Part shown: piece by piece, positions 35,681 to 43,840 of the stretch
Position numbering within the stretch: position 1 is the stretch's first letter
Layout of the letters: each line of letters begins with the position of its first letter
The notes under the pieces: model-generated
What the model saw: only the letters and a program-made list of their open reading frames with translations
What the model was told of the DNA's origin: nothing
The model's database searches: none
Source of the DNA: a candidate division WWE3 bacterium GW2011_GWB1_41_6
GTDB lineage: Bacteria; Patescibacteriota; WWE3; UBA101185; UBA10185
NCBI GenBank assembly: GCA_000997355.1
Contig: LCBS01000002.1
Coordinates: 11,144 to 54,983, forward strand
Reading direction: 5' to 3'
DNA: 43,840 nucleotides
Program-made: the position numbers and the translations under genes

Positions 35681-36301
35681 TTAAAGTTTTAGTGCGGAAA
35701 GGACGCTGGAAAACACCTCATCCGGGCTTACTTCCGCATCGATATCCAATACAATACCTTTATCTCTAAAGTAAGTCACAACATTCACCGCATCTTCCCA
35801 CTGCAGCTTGTACCGGCGTTCTACAACTTCCTTGCTATCATCATCTCTTTGGATCAAACTACCACCGCATACATCGCATATCCCTTCTACTTTTGGAGGT
35901 ATATATACAATATTATAAACTTCCCCACAATTACTACACACTCTTCTACTGGTGATTCTTTTAATAGCAGATTCAAGAGAAAGATTCAGAACAAGCACTT
36001 GATCAAATCCCGGGTTAAAGTAATGCAAGTCGATCATCGTCCTCCCCCATCCGTCTAAAATATAACCATTAGAGCAGTCAGGTTCCTTAACCCTTTTTTC
36101 AAGCAACTCTGCCACAATATCCTGCGGAACAAGGCCGCCTGAATCCATTTCTGCCTTTACTTCGTCATACCGGGGATGATTTTCAGGTATGTTTCTGCAC
36201 ACTTGCCCCACTTGTATTAACGGCAATTTCAAACGGTCGCTCAGTTTTTGGCCTACTGTACCTTTTCCGGATGCCGGCGGTCCCATTAAAAGTATTTTCA
36301 T
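35681..36301 (-). CDS. adk: Adenylate kinase (Zn-LID type)
   Basis: P-loop GPPASGKGT, LID CSNC...CDVC, QRDDD, and synteny with secY and map. Confidence 0.9.
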   Translation of the reverse strand: MKILLMGPPASGKGTVGQKLSDRLKLPLIQVGQVCRNIPENHPRYDEVKAEMDSGGLVPQDIVAELLEKRVKEPDCSNGYILDGWGRTMIDLHYFNPGFDQVLVLNLSLESAIKRITSRRVCSNCGEVYNIVYIPPKVEGICDVCGGSLIQRDDDSKEVVERRYKLQWEDAVNVVTYFRDKGIVLDIDAEVSPDEVFSSVLSALKL

Positions 36302-36564
36302 AGTCCCGGTATCCCAAACTCGCTCATCTGACCACGCATCTGTTTTTCGACTTTCTTATCCACCTGTTTCATGGCATCGTTTATAAGATCGCGTAAAGCT
36401 TTATCTTCCTCTCCTTCGAATATGATTTTTTCTACCCTTTTATCTCCACGGATCAGAACCGTATAGTCACCTTTTTCTTCCTGAACATAAATCTGCTCCA
36501 ACTGTTTCTTCAGGTCATCCTGCATCTTTTTCAGTCTTTTGAGATCTTTTATTTTATCGAACAT
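36298..36564 (-). CDS. ybaB: YbaB/EbfC-family nucleoid-associated protein
   Basis: MFDKIKDL..LKKMQ..L, a beta-hairpin, LINDAMKQV and a C-terminal GIPGL. Strong SD AAGGAGG. Confidence 0.78.
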   Translation of the reverse strand: MFDKIKDLKRLKKMQDDLKKQLEQIYVQEEKGDYTVLIRGDKRVEKIIFEGEEDKALRDLINDAMKQVDKKVEKQMRGQMSEFGIPGL

Positions 36565-36586
36565 AGGTCCTCCTTAAGAAATTTGT

Positions 36587-37846
36587 TTAATCAAGAAAAC
36601 TCTGATAATTCCTGGTTACTTTATACGATTGTACTTGTCTGATAGTTTCGAGTACAACCGAAACAACGATCAAAAGCCCCGTACCGCCAATGGCAAAATT
36701 GCTTAAACCTCCCAAAACCTGTAAAAGAAATGGCATGATCGCAACAAGTCCCAGGAACATTGCGCCTGCAAGTGTAATCCTATTTATAACATCCTTAAGA
36801 TACCTTGTAGTCGCTGAACCCGGTCTTATACCCGAAATGAAACCGCCCCTCTTTTTAACATCATCCGAGATCTTTTGGGGGTTGAACTGCACGGAAGTAT
36901 AAAAATACGTAAAACCAAAAACCAGTAAAAAGTATAAAACATTGTACAAAATACCGGACTCCGTGAAGTTAGCCGCTAAAAATCTCCCTGCCTCCTGTAG
37001 TGTGGGGTTTGTAGTAGCCTGTAGGGGGCCCGCGATCATCGAAGGAAGCAGTACGACGGATACGGCAAAGATTATAGGAATGACGCCTGCCTGGTTGATC
37101 TTTATAGGCAGATAGCTTCGTACTTTCTGTGAACGGACACCCGCCCGGCCGTACTCTATCGGAATATTCCTTGTACCCTCGTTAACCAGTACCACACCTG
37201 CAATAATTAGCAAAGTCAGGGCGGCAAATATCAGAACGTTTATAAAACTTTGCGTTTCGATCGTCGAAACGAACTGAACGATCGATATAGGCAAACGGCT
37301 AATAATACCGACGAAGATAAGCATCGAGATACCATTCCCGATCCCGTATTCCGTGACAAGTTCACCTATCCACATCAATAACATACTGCCGGCAGTGAGA
37401 GTTAATATGAGAATTATGAGCTGTACCACGTTCAAAGAATTGATAACCTCCTGACGGTTCAACAAAAAATACATTCCGTATGATTGTAATAATGCGAAGG
37501 GAACAGTCAGGAACCTGGTATACATGTTGATTTTTTCTCGGCCGGATTCACCTTCTTTAGACAATTCTTCTAAAGAAGGGATCATCATTGTGAATAACTG
37601 GAGCACGATCGAAGCGTTAATATAAGGATTTAAACCGAGTGTAACGATGGAAAAGTTTTGCAAACCACCTCCGCTAAAAAGATCGAATAGTCCGAGAATG
37701 CTATTACCTTCAAGGTACGATTTCAGCGCAGAGGTATCAACACCGGGAACCGGTATGTGAGCGAGCAGACGGAAGATAAATATTATCATTACCGAAAATA
37801 CAATTCTCCGTCTAAGTTCAGGAAATCTAAATAATATATTTGTCAT
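36587..37846 (-). CDS. secY: Preprotein translocase subunit SecY
   Basis: HIPVPG, FSGG, PYINASI, GIGNGISM, AGVIPIIFA, IRPG, GGTGLLIVV. Confidence 0.98.
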   Translation of the reverse strand: MTNILFRFPELRRRIVFSVMIIFIFRLLAHIPVPGVDTSALKSYLEGNSILGLFDLFSGGGLQNFSIVTLGLNPYINASIVLQLFTMMIPSLEELSKEGESGREKINMYTRFLTVPFALLQSYGMYFLLNRQEVINSLNVVQLIILILTLTAGSMLLMWIGELVTEYGIGNGISMLIFVGIISRLPISIVQFVSTIETQSFINVLIFAALTLLIIAGVVLVNEGTRNIPIEYGRAGVRSQKVRSYLPIKINQAGVIPIIFAVSVVLLPSMIAGPLQATTNPTLQEAGRFLAANFTESGILYNVLYFLLVFGFTYFYTSVQFNPQKISDDVKKRGGFISGIRPGSATTRYLKDVINRITLAGAMFLGLVAIMPFLLQVLGGLSNFAIGGTGLLIVVSVVLETIRQVQSYKVTRNYQSFLD

Positions 37847-37855
37847 TTTCTTCTA

Positions 37856-38299
37856 TCAAGAAAGTACTGCCCCTGCTTTTTCGGCTTGTTTCCTGGCGTT
37901 TTCGGAAAACTCAAACCCAGACAGATTCAGTATTTTCTTTAATTCTCCCGTACCGACAACTTTTACTTTGGTACGTTTGGTCTTCTTAATCATACCTTTT
38001 TCTATAAGAGTTTGTGGAGTAATTTCTAAACCATCTTCAAAAATGTTCAACCTATCCAATGTTATTGTTATTGTTTTGTAGCGTTTAGGACTCTTGAATC
38101 TGCTAAGAATTGGCAATTTTCTGAACAAAGGAACTTGTCCGCCTTCGAACCCGGCGGGGATGTTCTTACCGGCTCTGGATTTTTGGCCTTTCTGGCCTTT
38201 TCCTACAGTATGGGCGCCCTTGCCGCTACCCCGACCGCGTCCGACGATCTTTTTAGGTTTCCTATTTCCTTTTATTTTTTTTATATTATGTAATTCCAT
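37856..38299 (-). CDS. rplO: 50S ribosomal protein uL15
   Basis: GRGRGSGKG, GQKGQKSR, GFEGGQVPL. Start is MELHN at 38299. Confidence 0.97.
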   Translation of the reverse strand: MELHNIKKIKGNRKPKKIVGRGRGSGKGAHTVGKGQKGQKSRAGKNIPAGFEGGQVPLFRKLPILSRFKSPKRYKTITITLDRLNIFEDGLEITPQTLIEKGMIKKTKRTKVKVVGTGELKKILNLSGFEFSENARKQAEKAGAVLS

Positions 38300-38301
38300 T
38301 A

Positions 38302-38760
38302 TTAACCTTTTAACTTTGATAATGCCTTGATCGTACATTTTACATTACCAAGTTTATTATTTGAACCAAGAATCTTTGCGGAAATATCTTTTATACCCGC
38401 AAGTTCAACAACGTTTCTGACCGACCCGCCTGCAATAATTCCTGAACCTTCAGGTGCCGGTTTTAAGAACACTATTGAAGAACCAAACTTATCTTCAACC
38501 TCATGAGCGATGGTTGACCCTTTGAGCTTGATATCGATCATGTTCTTCTTAGCATTCTGAACTGCTTTCTGCACTGCCGAAGAAACATCCCTTGCCTTAC
38601 CCAATCCCGTCCCTACTTTGCCGTTCTTATTGCCTAAAACTACCAATGCCGTGAACCCGATCTTATTGCCTCCTCTCGTCTTTTTGGAAACCCTTTTGAT
38701 CTGTATCACTTTTTCTTCATATTCTTTTGGAGCTGAATATCTTTCCTGTCGTTCTGCCAT
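38302..38760 (-). CDS. rpsE: 30S ribosomal protein uS5
   Basis: [29 protein letters not shown]. Confidence 0.97.
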   Translation of the reverse strand: MAERQERYSAPKEYEEKVIQIKRVSKKTRGGNKIGFTALVVLGNKNGKVGTGLGKARDVSSAVQKAVQNAKKNMIDIKLKGSTIAHEVEDKFGSSIVFLKPAPEGSGIIAGGSVRNVVELAGIKDISAKILGSNNKLGNVKCTIKALSKLKG

Positions 38761-38761
38761 A

Positions 38762-39121
38762 TTAAAACTCTAAACCTCCTTCACGGGCCCCGTCGGCCAA
38801 ACTTTTTACCCTGCCATGGTACCTGTATCCGCTTCTGTCAAAAACCGCTGTCTTTATCTTCTTTTCCGTTGCTTTTTGAGCCAACAGTTTTCCTACCTCA
38901 AAAGCCGCTTCCGTCTTTGTTCCTTTTTCGTGAAGCTTCTTTACGTCACCAGAAATGTCCACTAAAGTCTTGCCTTGAGTATCATCAATCAGTTGGGCGT
39001 ATGTATAGTTCAAAGAACGGAAAACCGACAATCTCGGTCTTCCAGCCGTTCCGAACACTTTTTTTCTGACCCTGAGTTTCCTTCTTTCCCTATTAGTTTT
39101 TCTTAAAATTACTTTATACAT
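38762..39121 (-). CDS. rplR: 50S ribosomal protein uL18
   Basis: [27 protein letters not shown]. Confidence 0.97.
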   Translation of the reverse strand: MYKVILRKTNRERRKLRVRKKVFGTAGRPRLSVFRSLNYTYAQLIDDTQGKTLVDISGDVKKLHEKGTKTEAAFEVGKLLAQKATEKKIKTAVFDRSGYRYHGRVKSLADGAREGGLEF

Positions 39122-39135
39122 ACGATGTTCTTATA

Positions 39136-39675
39136 TTAAACTTTTCCTGACTTTCCGGCTTTCCTTCTTACTATTTCGCCTATGTATTTAATACCTTTAC
39201 CTTTATAGGGTTCAGGTTTCCTAATTTTTCTTATTTTCGCTGCGGTCAATCCGACAAGCTGTTTATCATTTCCCTTTATCGTAATATTCTGTTGGTCAGG
39301 AACTTCTATTGTTATTCCTTCGGGTGCTTCATATTCTACGGGATGGGAAAAACCTACACTTAAGGAAACACCTTTCGGCATGGGTTTAGCCCTATACCCA
39401 ACCCCAACCAGCTCCAGTTTCTTTTCAAAACCTTCGGAAACTCCCAGTATCATATTTGCGATCAAAGCCCTAGTAAGCCCCCAGTATGCATCCGCGTCGC
39501 CCGTTTGCCTTGCGATCTCTACTGTTAACACTCCATCGGTTTGGGATACTTTGATTTCAGACCTAACCGTATATGATAGCTCACCTCTGGAACCTTTAAC
39601 AACAACGTTTCTTCCGTTAATCTCAACGGATACGCCTTGTGGTATTTCGATGGGTTTTTTTCCTATACGTGACAT
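39136..39675 (-). CDS. rplF: 50S ribosomal protein uL6
   Basis: MSRIGKKPI, GVGYRA, PEPYKGKGI. Confidence 0.98.
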   Translation of the reverse strand: MSRIGKKPIEIPQGVSVEINGRNVVVKGSRGELSYTVRSEIKVSQTDGVLTVEIARQTGDADAYWGLTRALIANMILGVSEGFEKKLELVGVGYRAKPMPKGVSLSVGFSHPVEYEAPEGITIEVPDQQNITIKGNDKQLVGLTAAKIRKIRKPEPYKGKGIKYIGEIVRRKAGKSGKV

Positions 39676-39682
39676 ATTACTT

Positions 39683-40081
39683 TTACTTTACGGAACAAAT
39701 AAGCTCCCCTCCCAGTTTTCTTTTCTTGGCTTCGGATCCTTCCATAATTCCTCTTGATGTCGAGACTACTAGCGTACCATATCCCCCTGCAACTCTTTCG
39801 ATATCCTTGTAACTTTTATAAACTCTTCTTCCCGGCTTGGAGATCCTTTTTACATCGGTAACTCTTGGCAAACCATTCTCATAAGAAAGGTCAAGATGAA
39901 TTTTCTTTCCGGCTGTTCCACTTTCTTTAAATACTTTGACGTTTTCCAAAAAACCGGATTTTTGCAAATTTTTAGCCACTTCCTCGCTTTCCTTGCTATG
40001 AGGAACTTCGATGGAACGTCGGCCGGCCATTGAGGCGTTTTTAATGGAACTTAACATGTTCGACAACAAATCTACAGACAT
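39683..40081 (-). CDS. rpsH: 30S ribosomal protein uS8
   Basis: ISKPGRRVY, STSRG, GGELIC. Confidence 0.97.
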   Translation of the reverse strand: MSVDLLSNMLSSIKNASMAGRRSIEVPHSKESEEVAKNLQKSGFLENVKVFKESGTAGKKIHLDLSYENGLPRVTDVKRISKPGRRVYKSYKDIERVAGGYGTLVVSTSRGIMEGSEAKKRKLGGELICSVK

Positions 40082-40083
40082 TT

Positions 40084-40269
40084 TTACCAGCTAGCCTTTC
40101 TTACACCGGGGAGTTCTCCCTTATGGGACATCTCTCTAAAACATTTCCTGCACATCTTGAACCTGCGCATATATCCTCTTGGGTTGCCGCAGATACTGCA
40201 ACGGTGGTATGTTCTTACCGTAAATTTATTCGGTTTCTTATGTTTTTCAATTAACGCTTTTTTTGCCAT
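40084..40269 (-). CDS. rpsN: 30S ribosomal protein uS14, Zn-binding type
   Basis: 61 aa, CSIC...[13 protein letters not shown]. Confidence 0.97.
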   Translation of the reverse strand: MAKKALIEKHKKPNKFTVRTYHRCSICGNPRGYMRRFKMCRKCFREMSHKGELPGVRKASW

Positions 40270-40288
40270 ATATTTAACAAATTATTAA

Positions 40289-40843
40289 TTAACTGCTTTT
40301 CCTTTCATCTTTCTTAAACGGAAAGCCAAGTTCTCTAAGCAGTGCGAGATTATGATCCTTATTATTCCCTTCCATGACCACGGTCACCTGTAACCCTCTT
40401 ATACCCTTAACAGTATTGGGATTAACTTCTGGGAATATTACATGTTCTCTTAGGCCAACCGAGTAATTACCGTTTTCATCAAAAGATGTTGTATTCAAAC
40501 CTCTAAAGTCTCTGACACGAGGTAGCACTACGTTCAGGAACTTATCTAAAAACGCCCACATTCTATCACCCCTAAGCGTAACTGCATACCCCACCACTTC
40601 ATTCTTGCGCATCTTAAACCCCGCCTCTGACTTCCTCGACTTTCTCGGGAACGGTCTTTGTCCCGTAATCAGACTAAGATCGTTGATCAATGAATCCACT
40701 GCTTCCCTGCTATCCCTGTATGAACCCATGCCAGAATTTACCGAGATCTTCTTTAGTCGGGGAACTTCCATTATATTAGAAAGTTTAAATTCTTTCATAA
40801 GTTTTGGAGCTATTGTCTTTTGATACGTTTCTTTCATTTTCAT
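40289..40843 (-). CDS. rplE: 50S ribosomal protein uL5
   Basis: ITGQ, VTLRG, LPRVRDFRG, IFPE. Confidence 0.97.
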   Translation of the reverse strand: MKMKETYQKTIAPKLMKEFKLSNIMEVPRLKKISVNSGMGSYRDSREAVDSLINDLSLITGQRPFPRKSRKSEAGFKMRKNEVVGYAVTLRGDRMWAFLDKFLNVVLPRVRDFRGLNTTSFDENGNYSVGLREHVIFPEVNPNTVKGIRGLQVTVVMEGNNKDHNLALLRELGFPFKKDERKSS

Positions 40844-40850
40844 ATATAAA

Positions 40851-41165
40851 TTAGCTCGTTTCTAAAACATCCCCCGTTCTCTTATTGATACGGTACTTTT
40901 TTCCATCCACTAATGTATATCCGATTCTCACGGCCTTTCCGAGTTTGTCATCAAAATACATTACATTGGAAATATCAATTGGCTTTTCAACCGTGATGAT
41001 TCCGCCTTCCTTGGAAACCGCACCGGGCTTCACATGCCTTTTTACCCTATTCACACCCTCAACCAGTACTTTCTTTTTTGCCGTATCAACTACCAGCACT
41101 TTACCTTTTTTTCCTTTGTCTTTTCCGGCAATTACTATGACCGGATCATTTTTTCTTATCTTCAT
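40851..41165 (-). CDS. rplX: 50S ribosomal protein uL24
   Basis: KOW motif VIAGKDKGKKG, VEGVN, PIDISNV. Start is MKIRK at 41165. Confidence 0.97.
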   Translation of the reverse strand: MKIRKNDPVIVIAGKDKGKKGKVLVVDTAKKKVLVEGVNRVKRHVKPGAVSKEGGIITVEKPIDISNVMYFDDKLGKAVRIGYTLVDGKKYRINKRTGDVLETS

Positions 41166-41166
41166 G

Positions 41167-41535
41167 TTATAAAACCTCCTTGGCAAGCGAGGCGACTTTT
41201 AAATAACCTTTATCCCTTATTTCCCTGCCTATCGGCCCGAACACACGTGTTCCTACCATCGTGACATCTTTGTTTACTACCACAGCTGCGTTGTCATCAA
41301 ATCTTATATAGCTTCCATCCTTTCGCCTTCGTTCCTTTTTAGTCCGTACTATCATAGCTTTAACAATTGAATGATCCTTAACAGTCCCGACTGAGGTTGC
41401 ACCTTTTACAACTACTGTAACAACATCCCCTACGTAAGCGAACCTACGCTTCGAGTTACCCGGGATTCCCACAACTTTTAGAGCCTTAGCCCCGGAATTA
41501 TCTGCAACTCTTAATACTGTTCCAACCGGTATCAT
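41167..41535 (-). CDS. rplN: 50S ribosomal protein uL14
   Basis: VADNSGAK, RFDDNAAV, GTRVFGP. Confidence 0.98.
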   Translation of the reverse strand: MIPVGTVLRVADNSGAKALKVVGIPGNSKRRFAYVGDVVTVVVKGATSVGTVKDHSIVKAMIVRTKKERRRKDGSYIRFDDNAAVVVNKDVTMVGTRVFGPIGREIRDKGYLKVASLAKEVL

Positions 41536-41544
41536 AATTAATCC

Positions 41545-41790
41545 TTATTTCTTTCCTTCAGATAAATTTTCCGTTACTATCCATGTAACTTCCTTACTTA
41601 GCGGCCTGCATTCCTCAATAACCACTTCGTCACCTTCTTTTATTGGGTTATCAATCCTGGCTTTGAACCTTCTTGTATTCTTAACCATCTTCCCATAAAT
41701 CGGGTGTTTCTTGGGCAACTCTACTGCAACAACCACTGTCTTTTGCATCTTTGCTGAAACTACTTTTCCTTTTAGTATTTTTTTACTCAC
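41545..41790 (-). CDS. rpsQ: 30S ribosomal protein uS17
   Basis: GKVVSAKMQKTVVV, HPIYGK, ECRPLSK. GTG start at 41790 follows SD GAGGAGG. Confidence 0.96.
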   Translation of the reverse strand: MSKKILKGKVVSAKMQKTVVVAVELPKKHPIYGKMVKNTRRFKARIDNPIKEGDEVVIEECRPLSKEVTWIVTENLSEGKK

Positions 41791-42007
41791 TTTCCTCCTC
41801 ATTTTTAACAATACTATTTTCTTTTTCCTGCTCGTTTTTCACTGTTAAAACCCTAGCCAGATCTTTTCTTATAGCCCTTACCTTACGTAAGTTCTTATCT
41901 TTGCCGAGTATTATCCCCTCCATAGAGTCTTCGATCTGTTTTTTCAGATCTTTCACCGTTTCGTTTAACTCTTCTATGCTTTTGTTCCTAATTTCTTTTA
42001 ATTCCAT
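41783..42007 (-). CDS. rpmC: 50S ribosomal protein uL29
   Basis: EIRNKSIEEL...RKDLARVLTV, located between rplP and rpsQ. Confidence 0.92.
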   Translation of the reverse strand: MELKEIRNKSIEELNETVKDLKKQIEDSMEGIILGKDKNLRKVRAIRKDLARVLTVKNEQEKENSIVKNEEESE

Positions 42008-42021
42008 ATAATTTAAATATA

Positions 42022-42429
42022 TTAATTCCTGACCAAAAACCTTGTTTTGATCGGCAGCTTATCTGATGCTCTTCTGAACGCACCTCGTGCAATATCTTCG
42101 GTCACTCCTGATATTTCAAATATTATCTTGCCCGGTTTAATAACGGCTGCGTAATGATCGGTAGGTGACTTTCCGCTTCCCATCCTGGTTTCATTAGGTT
42201 TCTTTGCGATAGCTTTGTCAGGGAAAACTCTTATCCATAATTTCCCGCCTCTTTTAGTGTTCTGGGCAATCGCTTTTCGCGCAGCTTCGATCTGCCTGGA
42301 TGTCAAAAGTCCTCTATCTTCAGCTTTTAAAGCATACTCACCAAAAGAAATGACCGCACCTCTCACGGCAATACCTCTGTTAGTTCCTCTTTGATGTTTT
42401 CTGTACTTTACTTTTTTAGGTAATAACAT
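42022..42429 (-). CDS. rplP: 50S ribosomal protein uL16
   Basis: MLLPKKVKYRK, QIEAAR, WIRVFPD, RMGSGK. Confidence 0.98.
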   Translation of the reverse strand: MLLPKKVKYRKHQRGTNRGIAVRGAVISFGEYALKAEDRGLLTSRQIEAARKAIAQNTKRGGKLWIRVFPDKAIAKKPNETRMGSGKSPTDHYAAVIKPGKIIFEISGVTEDIARGAFRRASDKLPIKTRFLVRN

Positions 42430-42448
42430 ACATAACTTCTAACTTTAT

Positions 42449-43084
42449 TTACTTTATGGATTTTTCTCCTTTATAGATCCATACTTTTACACCAACCACA
42501 CCGTATATCAGTTTTGCGTCAACCTGCGCGTAATCGATATCCGCTCGTAGGGTTTGGGAAGGAACGGAACCTCTGGTAATAACTTCCGATCTTGATATAG
42601 AATTTCCTCCGCTTAGCAATCCTGAGATCCTTATCTTTATTCCTTTTGCACCTCTGTCAATTGCCGCGTTTGCTGCCGATAATAGAGTTCTTCTATACGG
42701 GATCCTTCTTTTTAACTGACGTGCAATATAATCCGCGACAAGCTGAGCTTCTATCTCCGGTGTCTTCACTTCTTCAGCCGTAAGTTTTATCTTTGAGGTG
42801 GTCAGCTTTTTAAGCTGTTTTTCTACCTCCTCAACCCCGGAACCTCCGCGTCCGATCACAAGTCCGGGTTTGGAAACCTTAACAATAATGTTAACCTCAT
42901 TTACAGAGCGCTCAATATCAATACTTTTCAAACCGGCAGCATCAAACTTTTCTTTAAGGAACTTCCTGATCTTCAGATCCTCCAATGCAAGATCTGCATA
43001 GCCTTTCTTGTCGGCGAACCATTTGGAGGTCCAGTCTTTTGATATTCCGATCCTAAACCCGGTAGGGTGTATCTTCTGTCCCAT
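42449..43084 (-). CDS. rpsC: 30S ribosomal protein uS3
   Basis: MGQKIHPTGFR, KPGLVIGRGG, TLRADIDY, GVKVWI. Confidence 0.98.
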   Translation of the reverse strand: MGQKIHPTGFRIGISKDWTSKWFADKKGYADLALEDLKIRKFLKEKFDAAGLKSIDIERSVNEVNIIVKVSKPGLVIGRGGSGVEEVEKQLKKLTTSKIKLTAEEVKTPEIEAQLVADYIARQLKRRIPYRRTLLSAANAAIDRGAKGIKIRISGLLSGGNSISRSEVITRGSVPSQTLRADIDYAQVDAKLIYGVVGVKVWIYKGEKSIK

Positions 43085-43086
43085 AT

Positions 43087-43446
43087 CTATTTACCCTCTT
43101 TGGCTTCCCTTTCCTTTAAACCTACTACTATATGACTTGTTCTTTTTAGAATCGGGTTGAATCTTGACTTAGCAATGATCTGGCCTCTTTTCAAAGGAGA
43201 GCCTCCGTTCACATATATCTCGGAAACATACAGATCATCTGTTTTAAGGTTCAGATTGTGCCTGGCATTAGCCTCAGCAGATTCCAAAGTCTTAAGTATC
43301 ATATCCGAAGCCTTTGTCGGATCCATTTTCAGGACAAGTTTGGCTTCCTTCAATGCTTTTCCTCTTATCATATCCATTACCGGTGCCACCTTTTTAGATG
43401 AGATCCTGGCACTCTTATATTTTGCATAAACATCAGCTTTGTTCAT
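43087..43446 (-). CDS. rplV: 50S ribosomal protein uL22
   Basis: RISSKK, SAEANA, KRTSHI. Start is MNKAD at 43446. Confidence 0.96.
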   Translation of the reverse strand: MNKADVYAKYKSARISSKKVAPVMDMIRGKALKEAKLVLKMDPTKASDMILKTLESAEANARHNLNLKTDDLYVSEIYVNGGSPLKRGQIIAKSRFNPILKRTSHIVVGLKEREAKEGK

Positions 43447-43450
43447 ATTG

Positions 43451-43714
43451 TTACTTCTTGGACGAATGCGCCCTAAATTTCCTTGTCGGAGCGAATTCAC
43501 CTAATTTATGGCCCACCATGGATTCGGTGATAAACACCGGAAGATGCTGCTTGCCGTTGTGTACTTCTAACGTCATTCCAACCATATCAGGAACGATAGT
43601 AGAACGCCTTGCCCAGGTCCTGATCGGTTTGTTCTGGTTGCTCTCTTTCATCTTAATTACTTTTTCCATAAGCTTTTCATCTATGTATATTCCTTTTTTT
43701 AGTGACCTGGTCAT
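43451..43714 (-). CDS. rpsS: 30S ribosomal protein uS19
   Basis: [27 protein letters not shown]. Confidence 0.98.
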   Translation of the reverse strand: MTRSLKKGIYIDEKLMEKVIKMKESNQNKPIRTWARRSTIVPDMVGMTLEVHNGKQHLPVFITESMVGHKLGEFAPTRKFRAHSSKK

Positions 43715-43717
43715 ATT

Positions 43718-43840
43718 TTATTTTCTCCTGGGCCTTCTGGCCTTAACAACGAACTTACTGGTATTCTTCCTGCTTCTGGTCTTCTTGCCTCGTGTCTGCC
43801 AACCCCAAGGTGACTTAGGCGCGGGCATACCAATACCGTT
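43718..43840 (-). CDS. rplB: 50S ribosomal protein uL2, 3' end only
   Basis: Manual translation NGIGMPAPKSPWGWQTRGKKTRSRKNTSKFVVKARRPRRK* contains the uL2 C-terminal PxSPWG motif and lies directly upstream of rpsS. Confidence 0.93.
   Translation of the reverse strand, partial: NGIGMPAPKSPWGWQTRGKKTRSRKNTSKFVVKARRPRRK

Noticed and set aside
2049-43429. Numerous 60-145 aa antisense or alternate-frame ORFs in the track (e.g. 26841-27254, 32789-33151, 34971-35408, 39380-39757)
   Set aside because: They lie within well-supported genes and have no recognisable motifs or start signals, so they are treated as shadow ORFs.
1-43840. CRISPR arrays, IS/integrase/prophage genes, tRNA/rRNA, anti-phage defence systems, diversity-generating retroelements
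   Set aside because: No spaced repeats, transposase, reverse transcriptase or nuclease motifs, or cloverleaf/rRNA-like segments were seen, and nearly all sequence is accounted for by CDSs. Short or degenerate elements could be missed by eye.
1-43840. Alternative genetic code (UGA read as Gly, as in Gracilibacteria/Absconditabacteria)
   Set aside because: TGA acts as a stop at sensible gene ends (secY-adjacent ybaB/adk ATGA overlap, rplO) and conserved proteins are full length under code 11.

Overview
Chromosomal segment of a reduced-genome bacterium, most likely Patescibacteria/CPR (inferred from the absence of rpmD/uL30 between rpsE and rplO, minimal intergenic spacers and a CPR-type membrane CAP protein; the finer lineage cannot be determined by eye). 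The right end (34.9-43.8 kb, minus strand) is the S10-spc ribosomal protein operon from the 3' end of rplB to secY-adk-map. It has a ybaB/ebfC-like gene between secY and adk and no infA/rpmJ/alpha-operon genes after map. The remaining ~35 kb is one large cell-surface glycosylation locus. It holds 4 polyprenol-phosphate-sugar synthase-like GT2s (one fused to GtrA), 6 GT-C-like multi-pass membrane transferases, 2 Wzx-like flippases, 6 GT4s plus a CgeB-like GT-B enzyme, UDP-glucose dehydrogenase, a stand-alone LAB_N protein and CAP, DUF192 and TPR proteins. An AT-richer left block adds 4 methyltransferases, a sulfotransferase, a SUEL-lectin-like protein and a GT2 broken by an internal deletion. 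Ten genes have a TAnnnT -10 box 6-8 nt before the ATG, suggesting leaderless mRNAs. No rRNA, tRNA, CRISPR or mobile element was seen. All family calls come from motif recognition by eye, not from database searches.
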